Shown piece after piece: positions 17,785-27,016 of a stretch of DNA of 55,413 nt. A model generated the notes under the pieces. That model had not been told where the DNA came from. It saw nothing but the letters and a program-made list of their open reading frames with translations, and searched no databases. Both the position numbers and the translations under genes were made by a program. Source of the stretch: Minisyncoccales bacterium (GTDB lineage Bacteria > Patescibacteriota > Minisyncoccia > Minisyncoccales > UBA5738); NCBI GenBank assembly GCA_049641805.1, contig JBARNX010000033.1, positions 1-55,413 on the forward strand. The letters run 5' to 3'. Within the stretch, counting starts at the first letter, position 1, and the number at the start of each line of letters is the position of its first letter.

Positions 17785-17924
17785 TCGTTTTTATGAAATA
17801 TAATATCTGCCGCTGTTTTGTGGAGACGACGGGATGGATTCGGCTGGGCTCACCATTCCCTTGTCAGTATCACCGTTTACTTCCGCGAAGGGCTTGCACT
17901 GAGCAAGCGAAGCGCGTCGAAGTG

Positions 17925-18282
17925 TGGAGACGACGGGACTTGAACCCGTATCTGAAAAACCGTGGCGCGCGATATCTACAAGCTTAGTCCGGTTTGTTTG
18001 AGAATCCAGGATAGAAACCCGACAAAATTCTTGGATTCTTTGCCTTGTTTGTTTCGAGCGCTCTTTAAGGCGGAAGAGAACCCTATCTCCAAAAGGTTAT
18101 GCCCGATAAATTTAATGGAGAATCCGTTCATCGGACAGATTTAGTCGGCTATTAAGCGTAGACTAATTCAGGTGCGCTAAATGCGAATGATTTGGCACTT
18201 TTGAAGTTTGTCGGTTTTTACAAGATCCGGCTACTTGGCTTGCGATCGCGAGACCGGCTTCCCATCGAAGCCTTACATCCCC
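17925..18282 (-). ncRNA. ssrA: tmRNA (SsrA)
   Basis: 5' GGGGAUGUAAGGCUUCGAUGGG pairs with 3' ...ACGGGUUCAAGUCCCGUCGUCUCCA (G3-U70). Candidate tag AKSFAFSAPELVYA ends in tandem stops UAA UAG. It lies 4 nt downstream of smpB. Confidence 0.8.
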
Positions 18283-18285
18283 GAA

Positions 18286-18747
18286 TTAAATTCTCTGGAT
18301 GGTGCGGCCGATTTCCCGATCAACTTCGCGCTTTTTCAATGCTTCGCGCTTGTCGAATTTTTTTTTGCCGCGGCCAACTCCAAATTCCAGCTTGATTTTG
18401 CCGGAACCTTCGTAATGCCCTTTAGTATACAGCCGAAGGGGGATAAAAGTCAAGCCTTTTTGAGACGCAATCCCGTTTAAACGCAGCATCTCGTGTTTGC
18501 GCAACAACAGCTTCCGGTCGCGTTCTTCGTGGTAGTCGGCGCCGGCATTGGCAGGCTGATAGGCCGGGATTTTGGCGCCGATCCAAAAAACTCCGCCGGG
18601 TTTGGCGATTACATACGATCCGGCCAGAGATAATCCGCGGGTTTTGATGGTTTTGGCTTCTTGCCCGTTTAAACTCAGACCCGCCTCGAATTTTTCTTCG
18701 ATATTATAATTGAATCCGGCTTTTTTGTTTTCGGCGAATACTTTCAT
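18286..18747 (-). CDS. smpB: SsrA-binding protein
   Basis: 153 aa. NKKAGFNYNIEEKFEAGLSL...GKKKFDKRE. Confidence 0.9.
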   Translation of the reverse strand: MKVFAENKKAGFNYNIEEKFEAGLSLNGQEAKTIKTRGLSLAGSYVIAKPGGVFWIGAKIPAYQPANAGADYHEERDRKLLLRKHEMLRLNGIASQKGLTFIPLRLYTKGHYEGSGKIKLEFGVGRGKKKFDKREALKKREVDREIGRTIQRI

Positions 18748-18804
18748 CCCTTTTATTTTATCAGAGTTTAAGGTAAACTAAAATCTATTAAAAGTAAAAT
18801 AATT

Positions 18805-20418
18805 ATGGTGCGGGAACAGGTTAATTTGTTGGTTAATGCGGCATTAAAGAATCTCGCAAGAGAAGGATTTTTAGCTTCGGAAGATATCAGGAATGTTTTG
18901 GCAGACGATCTGGCCGGCGTTTGCAAGGATCGGGCGCATGGGGATTATGCTTCCAATGTGGCAATGCGGTTGAGTGCCGCGGCGAAGAAAAATCCGATGG
19001 AGATTGCGGCTGAAATCAAGGGGGCATTGGTGAAAAATAGAAAAGCGGGCAAGATATTTTCCGAAATTGAAGTTGCCGCCCCCGGGTTTATCAATTTCAC
19101 TTTGGCGCCGGATTATTTAAAAATTGAAACCGCGAAAATTTTGGACGAGTGCGCGGATTACGGAAAGGTAGATATCGGAAAAGGGAAAAAGACGCAAGTG
19201 GAGTTTGTGTCGGCCAATCCTTCGGGCCAGTTGCATGTGGGTAACGGCCGGAGCGCTTTTTACGGCGACGCGCTGGCAAATGTTCTGGCCAAGGCGGGAT
19301 ATAAAGTGGAAAGGGAATATTATGTCAATGACGCGCGGGTTTCAAAACAGATACAGACTTTAGGCGCGACCGCCTTGGGAAGAGGAGAGGCGTATCTTTC
19401 GCCGTATTTAAAAGAAAAGATCGCCAAGCTGCAACCCAAACTTTCCAAGATCCATTCCGAGACCGACGGCGGTTATTTTTTGGCGCAAGAAGTTTTAAAA
19501 GATCTTAAAAAATTTATCGTTAAAGGCTTGGGAATAAAATTCGATAACTGGATGTCCGAGGAAAGTTTGTACAAAGAAAGGCTGGTGATGGAAGCCTACG
19601 ATATCTTAAAGAAGAAGGGGCTGGTTGTTGAAAGGGATGATGCCTACTGGATTGATATGTCCAAGTTTAACCAGAAAGATGAAGTATTGTTGCGGTCAAA
19701 CGGCAGTCCCACATATTTTCTTTCCGATATCGCGTATCATATGGACAAAATCAAACGCGGTTATAAAAAAATTATTGATATTTGGGGCGCCGATCATCAG
19801 GGTCATGTACCGCGGATGAAGGCGGTGATGGATATTCTGGGTTATAAAGGCGAGTTTGAAGTTTTAATTTGCCAGATCGTCACCATCAAGGGCGGCAAGA
19901 TTTCCAAGCGCGAAGGCAATATCGTTTCTTTGGATTGGCTGATCGATGAAGTCGGCGTTGACGCGGCGCGGTTTTTCTATTTGCAAAATTCTTTGCAGTC
20001 GCAAATGGAGTTTGATGTGAAATTGGCCAAGCAAAGATCCAGCGATTCGCCGGTGTTTTATGCACAATACGCGCACGCGCGCATTGCCAGCATTTTGCGC
20101 AAAGCCAAAACAAAAAAGATAAATGTTTCGCCGTTGTTGTTCGCCGGTTTGGAACATCAAAGCGAAATCGGCCTGATGAAGGAATTGTTGCGCTTGCCTG
20201 AAGTTGTCGGCGATACGGCCAAGGATTATCAACTGCAGAGAATCTGTTCGTACGCCGCAAGCTTGGCGGCGGAATTCAATAAATTCTACCGCGATTGTCA
20301 TGTGATTTGCGAGGATAAAAAAATCAATCAAGCCCGTTTGGCTTTGACGGTGGCGACCAAGATAGTTTTGAAAAACACGCTCGGTCTGCTGGGTGTTTCC
20401 GCGCCGGAAAAAATGTAA
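18805..20418 (+). CDS. argS: Arginine--tRNA ligase
   Basis: SANPSGQLHVGNGRSA (HIGH-type motif), DHQGH, and a C-terminal anticodon-binding domain. Confidence 0.9.
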   Translation: MVREQVNLLVNAALKNLAREGFLASEDIRNVLADDLAGVCKDRAHGDYASNVAMRLSAAAKKNPMEIAAEIKGALVKNRKAGKIFSEIEVAAPGFINFTLAPDYLKIETAKILDECADYGKVDIGKGKKTQVEFVSANPSGQLHVGNGRSAFYGDALANVLAKAGYKVEREYYVNDARVSKQIQTLGATALGRGEAYLSPYLKEKIAKLQPKLSKIHSETDGGYFLAQEVLKDLKKFIVKGLGIKFDNWMSEESLYKERLVMEAYDILKKKGLVVERDDAYWIDMSKFNQKDEVLLRSNGSPTYFLSDIAYHMDKIKRGYKKIIDIWGADHQGHVPRMKAVMDILGYKGEFEVLICQIVTIKGGKISKREGNIVSLDWLIDEVGVDAARFFYLQNSLQSQMEFDVKLAKQRSSDSPVFYAQYAHARIASILRKAKTKKINVSPLLFAGLEHQSEIGLMKELLRLPEVVGDTAKDYQLQRICSYAASLAAEFNKFYRDCHVICEDKKINQARLALTVATKIVLKNTLGLLGVSAPEKM

Positions 20419-20464
20419 ATCTTGCAACTTATTCAATTTTACGAAGGTCTGACTTTCCTTGGTG

Positions 20465-20493
20465 AAATGGCGAAGGTTAGACCTTCGCCATTT
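20465..20493 (+). terminator. Rho-independent terminator after argS
   Basis: aaatggcgaagg-ttaga-ccttcgccattt, running into a T tract. Confidence 0.6.
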
Positions 20494-20524
20494 TCAACGA
20501 GGCGCGTTAAAATCAAAATAAGAG

Positions 20525-21049
20525 ATGTTTGAATTTTCGCACTCAAAAGAACAAAAAGGATTCACTTTAATTGAGCTTTTGGTGGTAATTTCGATTATCG
20601 GGGTTCTGTCAGGCCTTGTGATGGTAACTATGCAGGATATGCGCGCCGGCGCCCGCGATGCCCGGCGGCGGCAAGATTTGGCGCAGGTTGCCAAGGCGGT
20701 GGAACTTTATAACCTTGAATATGACAGCTATGTAATCAAAAACAGCGGCCACACCGGCAGCGGGACCGGATGGTTCAATTATGTGGATGGAGCTACCTAC
20801 ACTCGCTCAATCGCGGAGGCTTTGTCCGTTGATGGCGGGAAAATCCCGATTGTTGTTGATCCGACGGGTGCGACCACTTGCAATCCGACGGTTAGATACT
20901 GCTATATGTTTTACCGATGCGGCAACGGATTTTTTATTTATGCCAAGCTGGAAAAACCAAGCGCGGCAGATATAGCGACTTGTAACGCCGATTCCTGTTG
21001 CCCAAGTTCGACCAGTTACGGCATGAACTATGCCGTCGGCCATCGATAG
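20525..21049 (+). CDS. Type IV pilin / pseudopilin
   Basis: Prepilin cleavage/methylation motif KGFTLIELLVVISIIGVL. Confidence 0.75.
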   Translation: MFEFSHSKEQKGFTLIELLVVISIIGVLSGLVMVTMQDMRAGARDARRRQDLAQVAKAVELYNLEYDSYVIKNSGHTGSGTGWFNYVDGATYTRSIAEALSVDGGKIPIVVDPTGATTCNPTVRYCYMFYRCGNGFFIYAKLEKPSAADIATCNADSCCPSSTSYGMNYAVGHR

Positions 21050-21065
21050 CGTGTGCCGTTTCCAA

Positions 21066-21752
21066 TCATTTGATTTGGCGCAAGAAATCTTGCGCGAGGG
21101 CGACGGTGTCGCCGGCCGCGGTGTAGAAGTTCTTCCAGACCACGGCGATGTCGCCGCTGTTGAAAAACGCCCGCTGAACTTCGCGGGGCGTGTCGCCGCC
21201 GGCAATGGCCAGCAGAATGTCATAGTTGCCCTTGACGCGCTGAATTTCGTGATAGGGGATTTGTTTTTCCCGATTGAATTTTTCCTCGTCCACGCCTCGG
21301 TGCAAAATAACGACCGCGGGCTGTTTTTTCAATCGGCGCAAAACATTCAGGGAATATTCCACATTCATCATATCAATCATTGCGTCAATGCCCAGGGTTT
21401 CACATTCGGCGATAAATGAATTCAAAGTTTCTATCGGCGCTTGGCCCATGGCAACCGCCGCGGATGCGCCGGCGCGGGCGGCCATTTGCGCTTCGGTAGC
21501 GCCGCGATCAATGGTTTTCAGATCGGCGACGACATAGGCCGGCGCGTTGATTCCCGCGCTGATCAGCCGTTTTTGCCACCAATAATTGAGGTGCCTTACC
21601 GCGTCAATGCCGGATTGTTTGATCAACGGCGTGCCAGCTTCAATGATGATGCGGTCGCTGGCCGGCAGCTGCCGGATTATCCTTTCCGCATCGTGAAGGG
21701 TGCTGTTTAAAGCGATCTGCAGATATTTTGTCCGCGAATTTAATTTTGCCAT
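21066..21752 (-). CDS. 3-hexulose-6-phosphate synthase-like (OMPDC superfamily)
   Basis: LQIALNS...IIEAGTPLIK...VADLKTIDRG...AGASAAV pattern. ATG at 21752 is preferred. Confidence 0.55.
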   Translation of the reverse strand: MAKLNSRTKYLQIALNSTLHDAERIIRQLPASDRIIIEAGTPLIKQSGIDAVRHLNYWWQKRLISAGINAPAYVVADLKTIDRGATEAQMAARAGASAAVAMGQAPIETLNSFIAECETLGIDAMIDMMNVEYSLNVLRRLKKQPAVVILHRGVDEEKFNREKQIPYHEIQRVKGNYDILLAIAGGDTPREVQRAFFNSGDIAVVWKNFYTAAGDTVALAQDFLRQIK

Positions 21753-21781
21753 AATGAATTCATTATAACATAGCGGGAAAA

Positions 21782-23017
21782 ATGACAATTATCCGATTTT
21801 ATCGTATGATACCCGATTGGTTTATGAAATTGGATACGATACAAAAATTTATTTGGATTTCGCTTTTTTCGCAGTTCGGCCGCGCGCTTACCGCAGTGAC
21901 CTTCACCCTTTTCTTTCTCAGCAAGGGGCTTAATTTGTTTCAGGTCAACATTCTGGCGGCGATTGTTTTTACGATGATTTTGTTTTTCGAGTTGCCCACC
22001 GGAATTTTTGCTGATAAGTTCAGCCGGAAAATGTCGTTTGTGGTCGCTTGCGCGCTTCAGGGCGTTGGGCTGTTTGGTTATGCTGCAGCCAATTCCTTTG
22101 AATGGTGTTTGTTGGCGGCTCTTATTGATGCGCTCGGCGTGGCCTTTGCCAACGGCGCGTTCCATGCTTGGCTTTATGATCAGCTGGCGCACGAAGGCGA
22201 CAGTGATCTTCAGAGAATTGCTTACGCGCGGGAAGGCCAAATGTTTTACATTGCGATGATTGCCGGTTCGCTTATCGGTCCGTATCTGGCAGTGATCGAT
22301 CCCAAAATACCGTGGCTATTGGGAGGGGGAATTTTATTTTTACTTAGTGTGGTCGCGAATGTCTTGATGCATGAAACTTACGCATTGCCGGAGATCAAAA
22401 AAGAGGTGGTTTTTGATTTTTTGAAGTCGCATAAAGATCCGGTTTTGCGCTATATCTTTTTGCTTGGCGGTTTCCAGGTTTTCGCGACTGTTGCGCCGGA
22501 TTACCAGTGGCAGCCGTTTTTCCAGGGGCTGGGCTTGAGCACAATCCAGCTTGGTTATTTGCTGGCCGCGTGTTTCGTGGCGGGTTTTATCGGTTCAAAA
22601 ATTGCCGAAAAATTCCGGCGCGATGATTCATTGGGGCAAACATTGTTCGCATTGCAAGTCGTCCTTGGCTTGGGGATTATTTTTTCGGTGGCGGTGCCGG
22701 TGGCCGCGTTTGCAATTTCAATGCTGTTGATTCAGGAGGTTTCGCGGGGAATGTTCTCGCCGGTCCAGCGTTTATTTTTGCAGAGGAATATCATGAAAAG
22801 CGAACAGCGGGCAACGATCGGCTCATTGGCTTCAATGGCCGGGCATATGGGCGCGATATTCGGTTTGCTGGTCAGCGGCGCGGTCGCGCACTCGTTCGAT
22901 ATCCCGGTTGCGTGGATGGTGGCGGGCGCGGTGGTTATCGCGGCTTCGGCTTTCGCTTTTTGGAATTTTTCCAAATCCCAATCGTGGCAAAAAAGATGCG
23001 TTTCGATTTTCCGATAG
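21782..23017 (+). CDS. MFS transporter
   Basis: About 12 TM helices. Motif A-like GIFADKFSRKMS. Start uncertain. Confidence 0.6.
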   Translation: MTIIRFYRMIPDWFMKLDTIQKFIWISLFSQFGRALTAVTFTLFFLSKGLNLFQVNILAAIVFTMILFFELPTGIFADKFSRKMSFVVACALQGVGLFGYAAANSFEWCLLAALIDALGVAFANGAFHAWLYDQLAHEGDSDLQRIAYAREGQMFYIAMIAGSLIGPYLAVIDPKIPWLLGGGILFLLSVVANVLMHETYALPEIKKEVVFDFLKSHKDPVLRYIFLLGGFQVFATVAPDYQWQPFFQGLGLSTIQLGYLLAACFVAGFIGSKIAEKFRRDDSLGQTLFALQVVLGLGIIFSVAVPVAAFAISMLLIQEVSRGMFSPVQRLFLQRNIMKSEQRATIGSLASMAGHMGAIFGLLVSGAVAHSFDIPVAWMVAGAVVIAASAFAFWNFSKSQSWQKRCVSIFR

Positions 23018-23164
23018 ACGATTGGAAAAGGTGTTTTGAGGTGAAAATTGGTAAAAATCGTGAAAAATGATAAAAAAACGATGTTTTTCACGATTATAAT
23101 TGCCAAAAGCGTGAAAATTTGCTATCTTATATTAAGATAGTTGATCGTGGATTTATAATAAATT

Positions 23165-24040
23165 ATGGCAAAAACATTAAGCATTTATAATAAAATCAAT
23201 GAATTGCGCATGCGTTATTATACGGTTGCGGTTGGCAAACAGCAGCTTTTGGAATTGGTTGGCGAGTCGGAAGTGGCCGAACAGGTTTATAATTCCAACG
23301 CGATCGAAAATAGCACTTTGACTTTCGAGGAAACCGAAAAAATATTGTTGCAGATAGATTTGGACCGGTATATTTCCGAAAGAGAGATATTCGAGGCAAA
23401 AAATCTTGCGCGAGTCGTTTCTTATATAAACAAAAAATCCAAGGAGCGGGAGCTGGATATTGAATTGATATTGCTGCTGCATAAAATGCTTCTTTCAAAT
23501 ATCCGCGACGATGCCGCCGGCAGATTCAGAAATAATGATGAATGGGTGCGGGTGGGAAGCTATATTGCGGTAGATCCGAAAGAAGTTGCGGGACAATTGG
23601 AAAAAATGATTGTCGCATATAATGCCGATATCAGTGAAAATATTTTAAAAAAAATCGCTCGTCTGCACCTTACTTTTGAGCATATTCATCCTTTTGTTGA
23701 CGGCAATGGGCGAATTGGCCGGGCATTGAACAATTATTTGCTTATTCGGGAGGGGTTCGTACCGGTAAATATCAAGTTTATTGACAGAAAAAAATATTAC
23801 GAAGCTTTTAAAGAATTTGATACCGGACAGAAAACTGAAATAATGGAAGAAATCGTTGGCCGGGCGCTTTTAAACAGTTATCATAAGCGGCTTGCTTATC
23901 TGGAAGGCAGGAAAATAATAACTTTAAAAGAATTTGCCAAGATCAATAATCTTTCGCATTCAAACGCGATCAATAAAGCTAACCGCCAAACGATAGAAGC
24001 GTTTTTGGAAAAAGGAATTTGGAAAATAGGAATAAAATAA
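23165..24040 (+). CDS. Fic family protein (AMPylase-type) with an N-terminal inhibitory motif
   Basis: HPFVDGNGRIGR active-site motif, and SNAIEN matching (S/T)xxxE(G/N). Confidence 0.85.
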   Translation: MAKTLSIYNKINELRMRYYTVAVGKQQLLELVGESEVAEQVYNSNAIENSTLTFEETEKILLQIDLDRYISEREIFEAKNLARVVSYINKKSKERELDIELILLLHKMLLSNIRDDAAGRFRNNDEWVRVGSYIAVDPKEVAGQLEKMIVAYNADISENILKKIARLHLTFEHIHPFVDGNGRIGRALNNYLLIREGFVPVNIKFIDRKKYYEAFKEFDTGQKTEIMEEIVGRALLNSYHKRLAYLEGRKIITLKEFAKINNLSHSNAINKANRQTIEAFLEKGIWKIGIK

Positions 24041-24045
24041 AACCA

Positions 24046-25407
24046 ATGAACAAAATAAAAATATACAGCACAATGTCGCGCAAGGTGTCCGAGTTGGCGC
24101 CGATGGAGGAGGGAAAGATCAAGTTTTTCGTTTGCGGGCCGACGGTCTATGATTTGTCGCATCTGGGGCATGCCAAAACCTACACGCAGTTTGATTTTAT
24201 TGTGAAATATTTGCGGTGGACGGGGTTTGATGTGTTCTATTTACAAAACATTACTGATTTGGATGATAAAATCATCAAACGCGCCGCCGAGCGCAACATT
24301 GGCTGGAAAGAGTTGGTCCAAGATTTTGAAAAAAAATACATTGAAGATATGTTCGCCCTTGGCAATGACGCGGTAACCAAATTCGCGCGTGCCACGGATT
24401 ATATTGAAAATATCGTGAGCCAGACGCAAAGGATGCTGGATAAGGGTTTAGCGTATCGCACGCCCGATGGCAGTATTTATTTTGAGATTGCCAAATTCGG
24501 CGATTACGGCAAGCTTTCGGGCCGCACCGAATTAAAAGAAGACGACGCAGTGTCGCGCATTGATGTCGATGACCAAAAAAAAGGCTGGAATGATTTTTGT
24601 TTATGGAAAGTGTCAAAAGAAGGAGAGCCTAGTTGGGAGACGCCATTGGGTAAAGGCCGTCCCGGATGGCACATTGAGGACACCGCGATCACCGAAGTTG
24701 AATTCGGGCCGCATTACGATATTCACGGCGGCGCGATTGATTTGATTTTTCCACATCACGAGGCCGAGATAACACAAATGGAATCGATTGCAGGCGCGCC
24801 ATTGGTACGCTACTGGATGCATACCGGATTTTTGAACATCGGTTCGGAAAAAATGTCCAAAAGCTTGGGCAATTTCAAAACCATTCGCGATATTCTGAAA
24901 GCCTACGATTATCGGACTTTGAGATATTTTTTCATCAGCAACCATTACCGCGCGGCGATGGATTTTTCCGATGCCGGGTTGGATCAGGCAAAAAATTCTT
25001 TGGCCCGCATTGATGAATTTGTTTTCAACAAAGTTGACGCGGCTTATGACGATAAAGATGATGAAGCGGTTGTCAACGAGACAAAAGAAAAATTCTGCGC
25101 CGCGCTGGACAACGATCTGAACACTCCGCAAGCGTTTGCCGCGCTGTTTGATTTCATCCGCGCGCAAAACCAAAAAGAAAAGTCCGGCAAACGGACATTT
25201 GAGTTTTTAAACCAAATCAACACCTTTTTGGGATTTATGCAATTTGATCAGGCAAAAAGCGACGAATTTATTGAATCGCTGGTCAAGGAGCGCGATGCCG
25301 CCCGTGCGGCCAAAGATTTTGCCAAGTCCGACCAGATACGCGACCGCCTGCTGGCGATGGGCGTGAAGATCTACGATTCCAAAGAAGGCACGAAGTACCG
25401 CATATAA
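24046..25407 (+). CDS. cysS: Cysteine--tRNA ligase
   Basis: CGPTVYDLSHLGHAKTY (HIGH-type motif) and KMSKSLGN. Confidence 0.9.
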   Translation: MNKIKIYSTMSRKVSELAPMEEGKIKFFVCGPTVYDLSHLGHAKTYTQFDFIVKYLRWTGFDVFYLQNITDLDDKIIKRAAERNIGWKELVQDFEKKYIEDMFALGNDAVTKFARATDYIENIVSQTQRMLDKGLAYRTPDGSIYFEIAKFGDYGKLSGRTELKEDDAVSRIDVDDQKKGWNDFCLWKVSKEGEPSWETPLGKGRPGWHIEDTAITEVEFGPHYDIHGGAIDLIFPHHEAEITQMESIAGAPLVRYWMHTGFLNIGSEKMSKSLGNFKTIRDILKAYDYRTLRYFFISNHYRAAMDFSDAGLDQAKNSLARIDEFVFNKVDAAYDDKDDEAVVNETKEKFCAALDNDLNTPQAFAALFDFIRAQNQKEKSGKRTFEFLNQINTFLGFMQFDQAKSDEFIESLVKERDAARAAKDFAKSDQIRDRLLAMGVKIYDSKEGTKYRI

Positions 25408-25447
25408 TATCAAAATCCAAATTTCCAATGTCAAATTAAGAAAAAAG

Positions 25448-25469
25448 GCGCGGCAATCCCGCGCTTTTT
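25448..25469 (+). terminator. Rho-independent terminator after cysS
   Basis: gcgcgg-caatc-ccgcgc followed by ttttt. Confidence 0.6.
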
Positions 25470-25603
25470 GAGTCTTTTTGCATATTCCCTTGCGCATGTC
25501 ATTACATATCCCGCGCCGCGGATTACGCAATCAATTACGTAATTGATTACATACAAATTTGCGTTTGAATAAAAAAAGAGACGGAGCATGTTATGCTTCT
25601 CCG

Positions 25604-26023
25604 TCACTTGTGGAACAATGGTGAACCTGGCCGTCTGAATATTTTATCTAATTTTACCTCAATTTCGTCAATCCTTGGTGCTACGTTTTCTTTTTGGTTT
25701 CTGATTAAACTTGAGTATGCCGTCCATATAGTTGCAATCATGGAAGCCATCAAAATATCAGTTGGGAACGAGGGGAATCTTTTTTGTTTGATTAATATCC
25801 ACGGGTCGTCGCTAATGGCAGTGATTTGAATTTGGTTCATATAAGTGCCATTGGCAATAACACAAAAAGTAAATTGTCCGTTGCCTTCGTTTTCAGAGTA
25901 GATAACAAACATTCCCGCCCCAATTTCAACGGTTTTTCCAAATTGCGTTTCTTTGGGTTGCTTATCTGGCGTCAGACTGTCAAATAATTTTTTTGGCAAA
26001 GCTTGAGCTTCTTCCAATTCCAT
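25604..26023 (-). CDS. Hypothetical protein (low-GC, carries an SD)
   Basis: 139 aa. GGAGG lies 9 nt upstream (plus-strand cctcc 26033-26037). A terminator hairpin overlaps the stop codon. Confidence 0.45.
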   Translation of the reverse strand: MELEEAQALPKKLFDSLTPDKQPKETQFGKTVEIGAGMFVIYSENEGNGQFTFCVIANGTYMNQIQITAISDDPWILIKQKRFPSFPTDILMASMIATIWTAYSSLIRNQKENVAPRIDEIEVKLDKIFRRPGSPLFHK

Positions 26024-26295
26024 CGTTTAATTCCTCCGTAATTCTATTTGTATAAGCAAAACAATGCATTGTCCTATGGTCTTCAAGTATCACCTCTAAA
26101 ATTTTCAAAGAACGAGACGGCGGTGCCGCAAAAAAAAGCCCATTCTTGCTTTGGGGCCATACTACAAGAAAATGGGGGATTGTAAAGAGGGAGAGGATTC
26201 AAAAATCAAAATCAAAATCAAAATCAAAATTCAAATTCAATTTTAAGATAATGTTAAAAATTAAAAATTAAAGATTAAAGATCAAATATGGTAAT

Positions 26296-26556
26296 TCATT
26301 TGCCGTAGAGGTCGTGGTGGGCGCCGATTTGCAAGAAAATGATAATATTGCCGTTGATTTCATAAATTGCTCGGATATCGCCGGTGATATCAATACTACG
26401 CTGGCCGGCATATTTTCCGGCGAGGGTATGGTTGTTGAGCATTGGAAGGAAGGGATTGCTTTCAAACAAAAGCAATTTTTGGTTGAATTTTTTCTGGATT
26501 TTCTGCGGAAATTTGCGATATTGCTTTCTAAAATGACGATGGTAATCTATCCGCAT
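26296..26556 (-). CDS. RelE/YafQ-family toxin
   Basis: 86 aa. HRHFRKQYRK...NNHTLAGKYAGQRSIDITGDIRAIY...GAHHDLY. Confidence 0.7.
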   Translation of the reverse strand: MRIDYHRHFRKQYRKFPQKIQKKFNQKLLLFESNPFLPMLNNHTLAGKYAGQRSIDITGDIRAIYEINGNIIIFLQIGAHHDLYGK

Positions 26557-26557
26557 A

Positions 26558-26836
26558 TTATTTGCCGGATTGAAGGCTTTTAATCATATCGGCGGCGGTT
26601 TCAAACGGACCAAAAATATTTTTTCCAGCCTTGATGTCGGCGGATGCCTTGTCAAGCATTTTTCGGGTTCTTTTGTTGGGTATCGGATGATCGGTGAATG
26701 ATATTTCCCGCGTGGCAACAAATCTTTTAATATGCTGATTTATGACTGCGTTTAAAGACACGCCCAAATCTTGGGCGGTTTTGCGCGCCCGGTCTTTGAG
26801 TTTTTTATCAATTTTGATGCTCAGCATTGTTTCCAT
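26558..26836 (-). CDS. DinJ/RelB-family antitoxin
   Basis: IKIDKKLKDRARKTAQDLGVSLNAVINQHIKRF, a ribbon-helix-helix type. It lies 1 nt from the toxin gene. Confidence 0.65.
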   Translation of the reverse strand: METMLSIKIDKKLKDRARKTAQDLGVSLNAVINQHIKRFVATREISFTDHPIPNKRTRKMLDKASADIKAGKNIFGPFETAADMIKSLQSGK

Positions 26837-26867
26837 AAGATTTTATTATTTTGTTTATCATATCCAA

Positions 26868-26895
26868 ATTATATATTTTAGATAGGTATTGTCAA
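26868..26895 (-). promoter_or_regulatory. Sigma70-like promoter for the TA operon
   Basis: Minus strand: TTGACA, 16 nt, TATAAT. Confidence 0.45.
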
Positions 26896-26910
26896 GATAA
26901 ATTTATTTGC

Positions 26911-26937
26911 AAAAACTCCTCTTTGGGAGGAGTTTTT
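26911..26937. terminator. Bidirectional terminator hairpin
   Basis: aaaaactcctc-tttgg-gaggagttttt. Confidence 0.6.
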
Positions 26938-26943
26938 GTCGTG

Positions 26944-27016
26944 TGTCCCCGACAGGAATCGAACCTGTAGTCTCAAGGTCCGCAACCTTGTATTTTATCC
27001 ATTAAACTACGGGGAC
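26944..27016 (-). tRNA. tRNA-Arg (anticodon GCG)
   Basis: Hand-folded cloverleaf: acceptor GTCCCCG/CGGGGAC, anticodon arm CAAGG-TTGCGGA-CCTTG, T arm ACAGG-TTCGATT-CCTGT. CCA is not encoded. Confidence 0.75.

Noticed and set aside
17821-17860. An apparent tmRNA 5' end on the plus strand (GGAGACGACGGGAUGGAUUCGG).
   Set aside because: It is the duplicated reverse complement of the real ssrA 3' end. No matching T arm or acceptor partner exists on the plus strand. The complete tmRNA folds on the minus strand at 17925-18282.
26190-26290. The AT-rich repeats here and in the 30-55 kb elements, considered as a CRISPR array.
   Set aside because: There is no constant direct repeat alternating with unique spacers of similar length. 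The units are 6-7 nt microsatellites or inverted repeats, and no cas genes are present.
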